Of a stretch of 64,000 bases of DNA, positions 29,245-39,073 are shown piece by piece. The stretch is taken from the NCBI GenBank assembly GCA_963793265.1, contig CAWBZI010000004.1, forward strand, positions 96,001 through 160,000. Direction: 5' to 3'. Each line of letters starts with the position of its first letter. Within the stretch, counting starts at the first letter, position 1. Position numbers and translations under genes: made by a program. Origin of the DNA: an uncultured cyanobacterium. GTDB lineage: Bacteria > Cyanobacteriota > Cyanobacteriia > Phormidesmidales > Phormidesmidaceae. The notes below the pieces were generated by a model, which ran no database searches, was not told the origin of the DNA, and worked only from the letters and a program-made list of their open reading frames with translations.

Positions 29245-30168
29245 CTATGGCATGAGGCGAATCGTTAAAGAGCACCATTCGTCTTTGTGAGCGGTATCGG
29301 TGACTTCCCAACCATAGGCGATGAGGTGTTCTTCTACCCAAGCGGCTTTGCTGGTGAGAATGCCGCTGAGGATGCCCCAGGTGGTCGGCCCGGCGAGTTC
29401 GCTCAGGCGCGGAATGATTAGACCTACGATAATTTCGGAGAGGATGTTGCAGAGGATGCCATTGACCGGGCGATCGCCCGCCTGCTCGGCCATCGTAATC
29501 ACTTCGGGCAGGCTACCCACCTGCACCTGTAACTGCTCAGAAGTAATACCGTTGGCGCTGGCGTTGGCCTGAGTAGAACTGAAGGCGAGCGGATCGACAT
29601 CAGCGGCGTAGGCACAGCGCGCACCGTAAAGGAGGGCGACGATGGAGAGAATGCCGGAGCCGCAGCCAATATCTGCGATAGTGGCGTCGGTAAGAGGCTG
29701 CTTTTCTAAGGCTTCCAGGCAAAGCTGGGTGGTGGCGTGAGCGCCTGTACCAAAGGCGCTGCCGGGATCGAGGGTGAGGATGGTGCGGTCGGTGGCTGGT
29801 GGGCTCATCCAGGCGGGGTTTATGAGGAGGCGATCGCCTATCTCTTCCGCCTGCCAGTGTGACTTCCAGCTTTGCGCCCAGTCTTCTTCTTCAATTAGCC
29901 GCCAGCTCACATCAACAGATGGGGTGGTCGTCATGTTTCCAGGCAAATTGCCTACTTGAGTAGCGGCGCTTTCTAGCAGATTTCGGCGCAGACCCTCGAA
30001 GTCTTCGGCTTGGAACTGAACCTGGGGGAAGTAGGCCGTAACGATGCGGCTAGCGTCTTTGGTTTGGCTGGCCGTGCCTTTGCCGCCAAACTCATCAAAG
30101 GCCCAATAAACGCTATCTTCTAGGGCGATCGGGCAAATGACGGTAACTTCCCACCACTGATTGTTCAT
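29245..30168 (-). CDS. prmA: Ribosomal protein L11 methyltransferase
   Basis: EEDWAQSWK, LDPGSAFGTGAHATT, DIGCGSGILS. Confidence 0.95.
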   Translation of the reverse strand: MNNQWWEVTVICPIALEDSVYWAFDEFGGKGTASQTKDASRIVTAYFPQVQFQAEDFEGLRRNLLESAATQVGNLPGNMTTTPSVDVSWRLIEEEDWAQSWKSHWQAEEIGDRLLINPAWMSPPATDRTILTLDPGSAFGTGAHATTQLCLEALEKQPLTDATIADIGCGSGILSIVALLYGARCAYAADVDPLAFSSTQANASANGITSEQLQVQVGSLPEVITMAEQAGDRPVNGILCNILSEIIVGLIIPRLSELAGPTTWGILSGILTSKAAWVEEHLIAYGWEVTDTAHKDEWCSLTIRLMP

Positions 30169-30170
30169 GT

Positions 30171-31751
30171 CTACAGCGCCACCGTATAAGCGTCGCGGAT
30201 GCCGGGCTCTTTTTTGATTTCGTTCAAAATCCCTTCGGGCAGCGGGTCGTCAATGCTGAGCACCATAACGGCGTCGCCGCGAACGATTTTACGACCGACC
30301 TGCATACTGGCGATGTTGACATTGAAGCTGCCTAAGAGCGAACCAATTTTGCCGATCAGACCCGGCATGTCGCGGTGCAGCGTGAAGAGCATGTATTGTG
30401 TGGGCGGCACGTTGATGGGGAAGTTGTCCATATCAATGATGCGAACTTCGGTGCCACCGAGCAAAACGCCCGTTACCGAGTGCTCACCTAGCGATCCTTT
30501 TGCCGATAAATACAGCGAGCCAGTGTAGTCTTCAGCGGTGGTGTCGCGGGTTTCAATGACTCGGATGCCGCGCTCTTTGGCTTCAATGGAAGCGTTTACG
30601 TAGTTCACGCGCTCTTGCAAGGCGTTTGAGAGCATTCCTTTAAGGGCTGCAACGACGATGGGCTTGGTGTCGTTTTGGGCGAGTTCGCCCTGTAGTTTTA
30701 TATTCAACTCTTCGATGCGTCCGCCTGCTAGCTGCCCGACAAAGTTACCGAGAGTTTCAGCTAGGTTGAGATAGGGGCGTAGCTTTTCGAGCACGTCCGG
30801 GCGCAGGCCAGGAATGTTCACGGCGGAGCGAGCGGGCAACCCTAGCAGCACATCGCGGATTTGCTCGGCAACGTCTACAGCAACGTTAACCTGCGCTTCG
30901 GCGGTAGATGCACCGAGGTGAGGTGTGAGTACCAGGGACTTATCGACTGAGCGTAAGGGTGATTCGCCCAGTGGCTCTGTGTCGTAAACGTCTAGGGCTG
31001 CGCCTGCAATCACACCGTCTTTGAGGGCTTGGGCAAGGGCAGCTTCGTCGATAATGCCACCACGCGCACAGTTAATGATGCGGGCGGTGGGCTTCATTTT
31101 TGCCAGGGAGTCGGCATTGATCAGGTTGGCGGTGTCTTTGGTTTTAGGAATGTGGAGGGTGATGTAGTCAGACTCGCTGAGGAGGAAGTCCATTTCGACT
31201 AGGCGGCACCCGAGTTCTTCGGCGCGGTCGGCTGAGATGAATGGGTCAAAGGCGAGCAAATTCATGCCCATAGCCCGCGCAACGGTGGCGACGTGAGAGC
31301 CGATTTTACCGAGGCCCACGACGCCGAGGGTCTTTTTATAGACTTCTACGCCGGTAAAGGCTTTGCGATCCCAGCCGCCTTCTTTCATCGACTTGTTAGC
31401 CGCCGGAATGTAGCGCGACATGGAGAGCATCATCGCCAGGGCATGTTCGGCGGCGGCGATGGTGTTGCCTTCGGGTGAGTTGACGACCACAATGCCTTTG
31501 CGCGTGGCCCAGGGTACGTCTACGTTGTCTACCCCGACGCCTGCGCGACCAATGATTTTGAGATTAGTACCGGCTTCGAGTACTTCTTTGGTGACTTTGG
31601 TGCCAGAGCGAATCATCAGCGCGTCGTATTCAGGAATGATGGCGATGAGTTCTTCAAGGGGCAGCTTGGTTTTGACATCTACGCTGGCGACTTGAGAGAG
31701 GATGTCTATCCCAGTCTGGTCGATGGGGTCTGAGACGAGTACCTTGGGCAT
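30171..31751 (-). CDS. serA: D-3-phosphoglycerate dehydrogenase
   Basis: GRAGVGVDN, GLGKIG, NCARGG, TPHLGAST; C-terminal ACT domain. Confidence 0.97.
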   Translation of the reverse strand: MPKVLVSDPIDQTGIDILSQVASVDVKTKLPLEELIAIIPEYDALMIRSGTKVTKEVLEAGTNLKIIGRAGVGVDNVDVPWATRKGIVVVNSPEGNTIAAAEHALAMMLSMSRYIPAANKSMKEGGWDRKAFTGVEVYKKTLGVVGLGKIGSHVATVARAMGMNLLAFDPFISADRAEELGCRLVEMDFLLSESDYITLHIPKTKDTANLINADSLAKMKPTARIINCARGGIIDEAALAQALKDGVIAGAALDVYDTEPLGESPLRSVDKSLVLTPHLGASTAEAQVNVAVDVAEQIRDVLLGLPARSAVNIPGLRPDVLEKLRPYLNLAETLGNFVGQLAGGRIEELNIKLQGELAQNDTKPIVVAALKGMLSNALQERVNYVNASIEAKERGIRVIETRDTTAEDYTGSLYLSAKGSLGEHSVTGVLLGGTEVRIIDMDNFPINVPPTQYMLFTLHRDMPGLIGKIGSLLGSFNVNIASMQVGRKIVRGDAVMVLSIDDPLPEGILNEIKKEPGIRDAYTVAL

Positions 31752-31846
31752 GGGTAAGACGAGGGATTTGGGAGAAATTACATAGAGGGTTATCTTACTG
31801 CAAAGCGGGAAGGGGGCGTTTAAGTTGGCGCGTGGCTTAGCGCTGT

Positions 31847-33055
31847 CTAAAGGGTTTCTAACGCGTTAAAAGCATCGATTATGACCACGTTTGACATAAG
31901 AAAACCTTCGGGATCGCTAAGCCTGATGCGGCTGGTGGGTTTAAGTTTCGTTATATTTGGACCGGGTTCGATGATGACCCACTGGTTTTGAACGTGAGGG
32001 GCGATCGCATCTCCTACAGCCTCCAATCCTTTCTCTCCAAACACCTCATATACCGCTTCCATCCCAATCCCTTCTTTCAGCCGCAGGCCCACCATAAAAC
32101 TCTCTAGCACCTGCTCCTGTGGGGATATTGCCGGATCTTGTGTGTGGCCGTTTTGCTGAACGAACTGTTCTACCCAGGCGCGGTAAGTGGTCTGAGTGCG
32201 GGGGCGATCGCATCGCTGATGATCGATGTAGCTGGTCGCGCCCATACCGAAGCCGTAGTAAGGCTGGCTTTTCCAGTAGGTGAGGTTATGCCGGGCCGGG
32301 TAGCCGGGTTTGGCGTAGTTACAAATTTCGTAGTGGTCGTAGCCGTGAGCGCTTAGGTAAGACTGGGCCATGCGGTACATGCTGGCGGTGTTTTCGTCAC
32401 TGGGTAGGGGCGCTTGGCCGGGGGTGAAGTAGCGGGAAAAGGCGGTTTGGGGCTCGACGATTAGATCGTATTGGGAGATGTGGGTGGGGGTGAGGGCGAT
32501 CGCTTCTGATAAGGAAGCCTGCCAGGTTTCTAGCGTTTGATACGGGAGCCCAGACATAAGATCGAGGCTGATATTTGCAATGTTTGCTTGGTGCAAAAGC
32601 TCGACGCTTTGGTGAATATCTTGGCGGCGATGGAAGCGACCGCTGGCGGCTAATACCTCGTCGTGAAAGTCTTGTGCGCCTAAGCTAACCCGGTTGATAC
32701 CTGCGGCTCGGTAGCCCTGCATGTGGATTAGATCGAACGTGGCAGGGTCGGCTTCCATGGAAATTTCGGCGGTGGGGGCGATGCCGAAGCGGTTGTCTAC
32801 TGCGCTCAGAATTTCTTCTAGCTGAGGCACTGAGAGTAATGAGGGCGTGCCGCCGCCGAAGAATACGGTTTCTAGGGGCGTATTTGGCTGAGTTATGGGG
32901 GTGGCTTGAATTTCTTTGATGAGGGTTTGGGTGTATTGTGCGATCGCCCCAGAGGTGTCACCCCGCTTGGTATCTCCTACGACTGAAATTGCAAAATCGC
33001 AGTAAAAGCAGCGCCGACGACAAAAGGGAATATGGATGTAAGCTGACTTTGCCAA
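31847..33055 (-). CDS. hemW: Radical SAM heme chaperone HemW
   Basis: YIHIPFCRRRCFYCDF, GGGTPS, HNLTYW. Confidence 0.9.
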   Translation of the reverse strand: MAKSAYIHIPFCRRRCFYCDFAISVVGDTKRGDTSGAIAQYTQTLIKEIQATPITQPNTPLETVFFGGGTPSLLSVPQLEEILSAVDNRFGIAPTAEISMEADPATFDLIHMQGYRAAGINRVSLGAQDFHDEVLAASGRFHRRQDIHQSVELLHQANIANISLDLMSGLPYQTLETWQASLSEAIALTPTHISQYDLIVEPQTAFSRYFTPGQAPLPSDENTASMYRMAQSYLSAHGYDHYEICNYAKPGYPARHNLTYWKSQPYYGFGMGATSYIDHQRCDRPRTQTTYRAWVEQFVQQNGHTQDPAISPQEQVLESFMVGLRLKEGIGMEAVYEVFGEKGLEAVGDAIAPHVQNQWVIIEPGPNITKLKPTSRIRLSDPEGFLMSNVVIIDAFNALETL

Positions 33056-33323
33056 AGGCTTTTGCTTGCTGGTGAGTTCTTTGCTGATGGGTTCTTTACG
33101 AGTGAGTTATGTAGATCCTATGGAGGACTATGATTTGCAAGATTACAAAAAAAGAGATAAAGGGAGCGATTGTGAACCCAACCCCTATAATAGCCGTAAT
33201 CATAATCGCATCAATGCTTTAGCGCGTGTTAGCAGGTCTTTCTGAATCCGCTTACCTACACACACTTCAGCAGTTTTAGAAGCGGCATTTCACTAGGTGC
33301 TTAACCGGCCTCATTCATAACTT

Positions 33324-34409
33324 ATGCTCGACGCACTAATCATATTTTCATTCGTTTTAACTGGCGCAGGCATCGGCTTCTACAGCGTCGATTTTTTGCC
33401 CGACTCCGCGCTTCAGCAAGTCACTAATATCGAAGGCTTAGAGTCTGTAACCGGCGGCTTTGGTGCTCTCATCGGCGTGGGCGTGGGCCTAGTCGTGCAA
33501 ACCAGCTATCGACGGCTAGAGCGGCAAATCAAAGGTATGACGCCTGACTTACTGCTGGCGCGCGCGGTGGGCTTAGTCATTGGCTTGCTGATTGCTAACC
33601 TCATGCTAGCGCCTTTGTTTTTGCTGCCCATTCCTGAGAAATTTGGCTTTGTAAAACCAGTAACGGCAGTGATGGGCAGCTTGCTATTTGCCGTCTCAGG
33701 TATGTCATTGGCTGAGACGAACGGCAGAGCGCTGCTACGGCTGATTAATCCGAACAGCTACGAGACGATGCTGATTAACGAAGGCACGCTCAAGCCTGCG
33801 AAGAGTAAAGTACTCGATACAAGCTGCATTATTGACGGGCGCATTGAAGACCTATTACAAACCGGCTTTATTGATGGTCAGCTCGTGCTGCCGCAGTTTG
33901 TTTTGCAAGAGCTACAGCGCGTTGCCGACTCGGCCAGCGATCAGAAGCGAGCACGGGGAAGACGCGGCCTAGACATTATCAATCGTATTCGCGAGCAGTA
34001 TCCCGACCGCGTAATCATCGACCCGGCTGACTATGAAGACATCAACGCGGTTGATTCTAAGCTAGTGAAGTTGGCTCAGGAAATGAATGCGCAGCTACTA
34101 ACGAATGACTACAACTTGAATAAAGTTGCTAGCGTTCAGCAGGTAAGCGTATTGAACATCAACGACTTAGCAAAAGCAATTCGGCCTACTTACCTACCAG
34201 GCGATGACATTGAAATTAGAGTGCTCAAAGAAGGTAAAGAGCCTTCTCAAGGCGTGGGCTATTTAAATGACGGTACGATGGTGGTAGTCGAAGAAGGTCA
34301 TGACTTCATTGGTGACGACTTGCTAGTAGTGGTTACGGGCGCACTACAAACGTCTGCGGGCCGAATGATTTTTGCGCGGCCTAACCGTACGGCGATGGCG
34401 TCTTCTTAA
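33324..34409 (+). CDS. PIN/TRAM domain membrane protein (YacL/Ycf81-like)
   Basis: N-terminal TMs, LDTSCIIDGRI, TNDYNLNKVA, GVGYLNDGTMVVVE. Confidence 0.9.
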   Translation: MLDALIIFSFVLTGAGIGFYSVDFLPDSALQQVTNIEGLESVTGGFGALIGVGVGLVVQTSYRRLERQIKGMTPDLLLARAVGLVIGLLIANLMLAPLFLLPIPEKFGFVKPVTAVMGSLLFAVSGMSLAETNGRALLRLINPNSYETMLINEGTLKPAKSKVLDTSCIIDGRIEDLLQTGFIDGQLVLPQFVLQELQRVADSASDQKRARGRRGLDIINRIREQYPDRVIIDPADYEDINAVDSKLVKLAQEMNAQLLTNDYNLNKVASVQQVSVLNINDLAKAIRPTYLPGDDIEIRVLKEGKEPSQGVGYLNDGTMVVVEEGHDFIGDDLLVVVTGALQTSAGRMIFARPNRTAMASS

Positions 34410-34470
34410 GCACTATTGACATAACCATTAGTAACTACATGGCCCTGTATTGCTGAAGAAGGGTATACGA

Positions 34471-34683
34471 ATGTGCGCTACTTATCATTTGAATACTGAT
34501 GAAATCGATCAGGCTTTCTTGGAAGATTTGAAGGCTACCTTTGGAGAAAAGAGAATACAGATCGTTGTACATGAAATTGGCGAAACTGAATACTTGCTAA
34601 AATCCGACGCTAATAGAGAAAGACTCCTCACCGCAAAATCTAATATTGAACAAGGCAAGAACCTAGTCGTCGTAAATCTTTAG
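34471..34683 (+). CDS. Small protein resembling the YefM-type antitoxin C-terminus
   Basis: ETEYLLKSDANRERLL resembles the YefM ETxYLLxSxAN motif. Confidence 0.6.
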   Translation: MCATYHLNTDEIDQAFLEDLKATFGEKRIQIVVHEIGETEYLLKSDANRERLLTAKSNIEQGKNLVVVNL

Positions 34684-34696
34684 AATGCAGGGCGGG

Positions 34697-35320
34697 TTAT
34701 TTTTGTAAGTTGAAAAAATATTCTGAGCCTGCGCAGTACTTTAAAATGCCAAGTAGCTTGCCAACATCACTAAGATAATACTCATCTAAGTCAGCTTCTA
34801 CAGTGTTTCCTTGCATCTGTAGAAATTTCCAGTTGCTGCCAGTTGTGACCACACCATAGACAGTCGAAACTGAATTCTGCTGGCGCTCATTGAAGATCTG
34901 CGCGGCAACCATTTCAGCAATACACTGCCCTAGTCCAGAGGCGATGTTGTCATTTTTTGCTTCAACAATTGTAATTACGGGCGATTTGATAAAGAGCTGT
35001 TCAGGAGAGCGGCTGATTAGAAAGTCGCAAAAGCCAGTAAGTCCTCTGATCGGCTCTACGTTAAATTCTTTACCTGAAAAAAGGCTGACATGACCAGATA
35101 ATTGCTGCTTCAGCTCAAATAAGATGGGTGCGATAATAAATTCTGAACGCGATTTTTCGGTGCCAATGGCAATGGCTAAGGGGCTGTACTGCTCTAGTAG
35201 TTGCGCTAGCAGGTCGCTGTAGGTAGTTGCCGGAATGTGGCTGAACAAGTGCTGCCGATCCTGCAATTGAACGCCTAGCTCGCTCTGAACGTTTTCAATG
35301 CTGAACTGACTATAGGGCAT
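34697..35320 (-). CDS. Hypothetical protein, PD-(D/E)XK nuclease-like cyanobacterial family
   Basis: GFCDFLIS...IVEAKND; GQCIAEM; GVVTTGSNWKF. Confidence 0.7.
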   Translation of the reverse strand: MPYSQFSIENVQSELGVQLQDRQHLFSHIPATTYSDLLAQLLEQYSPLAIAIGTEKSRSEFIIAPILFELKQQLSGHVSLFSGKEFNVEPIRGLTGFCDFLISRSPEQLFIKSPVITIVEAKNDNIASGLGQCIAEMVAAQIFNERQQNSVSTVYGVVTTGSNWKFLQMQGNTVEADLDEYYLSDVGKLLGILKYCAGSEYFFNLQK

Positions 35321-35380
35321 AGATAATTAGTACCACAGGTTCTTTCTTGAAGCATACATTACGCAGCTTTGGCTCTACCT

Positions 35381-36025
35381 ATGACTAACAGAAATGGTTA
35401 CTCTATTAAAAGATGGACGCTAAGGGCCGGGATTTCTGTTCTTGTGCTAGGTGTCGGTCTTCCATTTCTTCAGGCAACTGTACTTCCAGCAGCTTTCGGT
35501 CTTGGCACTTCACTTTTATGGATTGTCGTTATTCCGGTGTCATTGATAATTGGAATTGTTTGTATTGTTTTAGGTCTTCTTTCGCCAATAGGGGAAGCTG
35601 TTTCTACCTTTCGCCTTTTGTTTTTGCTCGTTGGTGGACTACACCTATCTTTATTGTTGTTCTTGACTGGTAGCCTCTCTTGGAATGCTGTCATTGGGCC
35701 GTCTGCAAAGATTATTATTCCGAATGAGTTTAAGGGTCATTTCTTGATAGTTATAGATGACTTCACAGAGCCATCGCTGATGGCAACAGCCGGACGCAAG
35801 TACCTGTATAAGATTCCAGAGAACGGCAAACTCCGAGTTGATCAGGGCTGGATTGCTTTACATTTCGCGTTCGAGGATGGGTATAACGTTCTAGGTAGAC
35901 AGTATATGGTTCAGATTGTTCGCCGTAATGGTACACCGCTAAAATCTAGCGAGTTTGATTGTATGTGGCTAGCTGAGCCGGTAGGGCAGGGAATAGACTG
36001 CGATGTTCAACCCTTGTTAAATTAG
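35381..36025 (+). CDS. Hypothetical membrane protein (AT-rich)
   Basis: Three TM segments followed by a soluble domain; start uncertain. Confidence 0.6.
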   Translation: MTNRNGYSIKRWTLRAGISVLVLGVGLPFLQATVLPAAFGLGTSLLWIVVIPVSLIIGIVCIVLGLLSPIGEAVSTFRLLFLLVGGLHLSLLLFLTGSLSWNAVIGPSAKIIIPNEFKGHFLIVIDDFTEPSLMATAGRKYLYKIPENGKLRVDQGWIALHFAFEDGYNVLGRQYMVQIVRRNGTPLKSSEFDCMWLAEPVGQGIDCDVQPLLN

Positions 36026-37225
36026 CATTCCGGCGATGCAGGCGGTCATAAAGCAGGCGAGGGTGCCTGCGACCATGGCGCGGAAGCCAATGCGGGCTAA
36101 GTCGGCGCGGCGGTTGGGGGCCATGCCGCCGATGCCGCCAATTTGAATGCCAATAGAGCCGATGTTGGCAAAGCCGCAGAGGGCGTAGGTGGCGATGATG
36201 GCGGCGCGTTCGGAGATGGCGTTGTCTTCAATGAGAGTTTGCAAGTCCAGGTAGGCGATGAATTCGTTGAGGACTGTTTTTTTGCCGAGGAGCGCACCGA
36301 CTGCGGCGCAGTCTGTCCAGGGGACGCCCATGAGCCAGGCGACGGGGGCAAGGAGGGCGGCGAGGATGATTTCTAGAGAGAAATTAGGGAAGCCGAATAG
36401 GCCACCGATGAAGCCGAGGAGGGCATTGAAGGCGGCGAGGAGGGCGAGAAAAGCGATGATGAGTGCGCCGATGTTGAGGGCGAGTCTGAGGCCGTCCAGG
36501 GCTCCGGCGGCGATCGCATCAATCCCATTCGCCGTTGTCTTCTCTACCTCAATACTTACCTTGCCCCGCGTTGGCGACACCTCCGTCTCAGGAAACATAA
36601 TTTTCGAGATCGCCAGCGCTGCTGGGGCGGACATCACCGACGCTGCGATGAGGTGATTGGCGGGAATGCCGAAGCCTACATAAGCTGCAAGCACCCCCCC
36701 TGCGACGGTTGCAAAGCCGCCTGTCATAACGGCGTGAAGTTCTGAAAGCGTCATTGTCGCCACGTAGGGTTTGATGAGCAAAGGCGCTTCGGTTTGGCCG
36801 ACGAAGATGTTGCCTGCGGCTGAGAGGGTTTCGGAGCCGGAAGTTTTCATGGTTCGCATCATGGTCAAGGCGATCGCCTGCACGGCCTTTTGCAATATGC
36901 CGTAGTGGTAAAGCAGGCTGATGAAGGCGGAGAAGAAAATGACGGTGGGCAGCACTTTAAAGGCGAAAAAGAAGTCTTGAAAGTTTTCACCGAAGACAAA
37001 AGATGCGCCTGCATCTGAGTAGTCGAGAAAGGCGCTGACGCGATCGCCTAGCCACCGAAATATCGCCAGACCCACAGCGGTGCGAAGGATAAAAAGCGCA
37101 AAGATGAGCTGAAGAGCCAGACCCCAAAGCACTGGCCGCCAGCGAATAGCCGAGCGGTTGACTGAGGTGAGGTAGGCGAATGCGATGAAAACACCTAAGC
37201 CTAAAAGCGCGATGAGTCTTTCCAT
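36017..37225 (-). CDS. NupC/CNT family nucleoside transporter
   Basis: NIFVGQTEAP, GGFATVAG, NEFIAY, CGFANIGSIGI. Confidence 0.93.
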   Translation of the reverse strand: MERLIALLGLGVFIAFAYLTSVNRSAIRWRPVLWGLALQLIFALFILRTAVGLAIFRWLGDRVSAFLDYSDAGASFVFGENFQDFFFAFKVLPTVIFFSAFISLLYHYGILQKAVQAIALTMMRTMKTSGSETLSAAGNIFVGQTEAPLLIKPYVATMTLSELHAVMTGGFATVAGGVLAAYVGFGIPANHLIAASVMSAPAALAISKIMFPETEVSPTRGKVSIEVEKTTANGIDAIAAGALDGLRLALNIGALIIAFLALLAAFNALLGFIGGLFGFPNFSLEIILAALLAPVAWLMGVPWTDCAAVGALLGKKTVLNEFIAYLDLQTLIEDNAISERAAIIATYALCGFANIGSIGIQIGGIGGMAPNRRADLARIGFRAMVAGTLACFMTACIAGMLI

Positions 37226-37278
37226 AAGGTTTTTGATGGGTAGAGCTATGGCTACTTTGCCATGTGCCTACTTTTACC

Positions 37279-39000
37279 TTAAATCTGCAAGGTAAGCTGC
37301 CCGCTGTTAGACGCTGCCTGCCGCTGTTTGAGGTTTTGCTTTTTGGCGAACTGCTCGCGTTTAGGATTGCGCTGCCAGCCACCGCTGACGATAAACCACG
37401 TGCGGAGCTGCTTTATCTGCTGCTTGCCAAGGCTATCGAGATCTAGGGCCAGCGGGAAAAGATCCGCCGTGGGCCGCTGTGCCCAACTGACATCACTGGG
37501 AAAAAGATCCGCGCCGAAGGGGGTGACATCTGCGGGCATACGGGTGACAAGATCGACAACGTTGGGACTGTGAATGATATCGTGGCGCTGTTCGTCAATG
37601 AGGCGGGCGCGGCGGTTTCTGGCTTCTAGATAGTTCAGGATGGGAGACGGATAGCCTTTGACGGTGGGCGGGGAGCCGAGCTGTTCGGGCTTGAGGTGGG
37701 CCAGTTCGGGGAGCCAGTGGTGGATGAATTTGCCCTGTGGATCGCAGCGGTCGATGGCTTCTTGTTCGGGGTTGTAGATGCGAATCCAGGTTTGGTTGAG
37801 GCAGTGGGTGACGCCTGCCTGCTGCGCCCACTGGTAATGGTCGATGGGGCAGTCGCCGTCGATGAGGTGGCGCATAAAGTGGAGCGCGCCGTAGCGCCAG
37901 TCGATGCCGAGGAGGTTGCATAAGAAGCTGGCGTAGAGGGCGCGAATGCGGAAGTTAAGCGCGAGCCAGCCGCCTGTGGCCTGCAGGCAGCGGGCGGCAG
38001 CGTCAACGATGGGGAAGCCGGTGTGGCCGTTTTTCCAGGCGTCGTAGTGGGCCTGATTGAACTGCCAGCCGCCGTTTTGGTAGCCGCTGGTGAACCGGGT
38101 TTTTGGCTGGGTGCGCTCAAAGGGGGTGTAGAGCGATCGCACTTCTGCCTGGGGCAGGTATCGAAATCGCTGGGTAAAGCCGCTGCTCCATCTCAGCCTG
38201 GAAATCACGTGATGGCAGCTTCTTTGAACGCGCTTATTGTCTTTCCACTGCGGATCTGCCTGTCGCTGCCATATGGCCTGGGCGCTTTCGCGAATGGAGA
38301 TGGCTCCGTATTTTATATATGGGCTAAGGCCGGTGGTGGCGTTGGCATGAGGGTATGAGAGCTGCCAGTAGTAGTTCTCGGCTTTGCGCTGGTCGAAGAA
38401 TGCGTCGATGAGCTTTTTGGCTTCGGTGGTGCCGCCGGGCGGAATGAAGCTGCTGGTGCTGTGGTGGCCGACTTCTTGAAGCGTGGGTAGTGAATCTGAG
38501 GGAATATCGGGTGGGACGTTGATGTGCTGAGGGGTGGGGATGAGTGGCGATCGCATATCTCGATACCACTGCTGCCGGTAGTCGGGATAGTCGATGAGTT
38601 CGGCGGTAGTGCCGGGGGGCTCGAACCAGCGAATTTTGATATTTTCTTGAGCGATCGCCCGGTTCAAATTAGCGTCACGCACGCGGCCATAGATGCGCTC
38701 AACGTCTGTGTAGCTATAGATGCCGTCAGCGTCTGTAGCTTTGACGAGCTGCGGGAGGACGGTGACCGGATCGCCTGCACGTAAAATTAGCCTGCCGCCT
38801 CGCGATCGCAGGTCTTGATCAAGCGATTTGAGGCAGTCAAGCATGAAGCGTACTCTACCTGCGCCGGTTTCGGGATGTAGCAGTAGCGCCCGGTCGAAGA
38901 CAAAAACTGGAATGACTAAGCCGCGCCGGGCGGCTCTGTAAAGTGGTTCGTGATCGCTAATGCGTAAATCGCGACGAAACCAAACTAGCGTGCGGTTCAT
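37279..39000 (-). CDS. Cryptochrome/photolyase family protein (CryP-like) with C-terminal extension
   Basis: WFRRDLRISD, LSPYIKYG, GHTGFPIVDA, NFRIRA, RIYNP, WLPEL. Confidence 0.9.
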   Translation of the reverse strand: MNRTLVWFRRDLRISDHEPLYRAARRGLVIPVFVFDRALLLHPETGAGRVRFMLDCLKSLDQDLRSRGGRLILRAGDPVTVLPQLVKATDADGIYSYTDVERIYGRVRDANLNRAIAQENIKIRWFEPPGTTAELIDYPDYRQQWYRDMRSPLIPTPQHINVPPDIPSDSLPTLQEVGHHSTSSFIPPGGTTEAKKLIDAFFDQRKAENYYWQLSYPHANATTGLSPYIKYGAISIRESAQAIWQRQADPQWKDNKRVQRSCHHVISRLRWSSGFTQRFRYLPQAEVRSLYTPFERTQPKTRFTSGYQNGGWQFNQAHYDAWKNGHTGFPIVDAAARCLQATGGWLALNFRIRALYASFLCNLLGIDWRYGALHFMRHLIDGDCPIDHYQWAQQAGVTHCLNQTWIRIYNPEQEAIDRCDPQGKFIHHWLPELAHLKPEQLGSPPTVKGYPSPILNYLEARNRRARLIDEQRHDIIHSPNVVDLVTRMPADVTPFGADLFPSDVSWAQRPTADLFPLALDLDSLGKQQIKQLRTWFIVSGGWQRNPKREQFAKKQNLKQRQAASNSGQLTLQI

Positions 39001-39073
39001 AGGTCATCTGTTTACGTTCTTCTACTCTAAGCAAGATTTCAGAATTCAGCAGCGCGGCTAGTGGATATATAAG

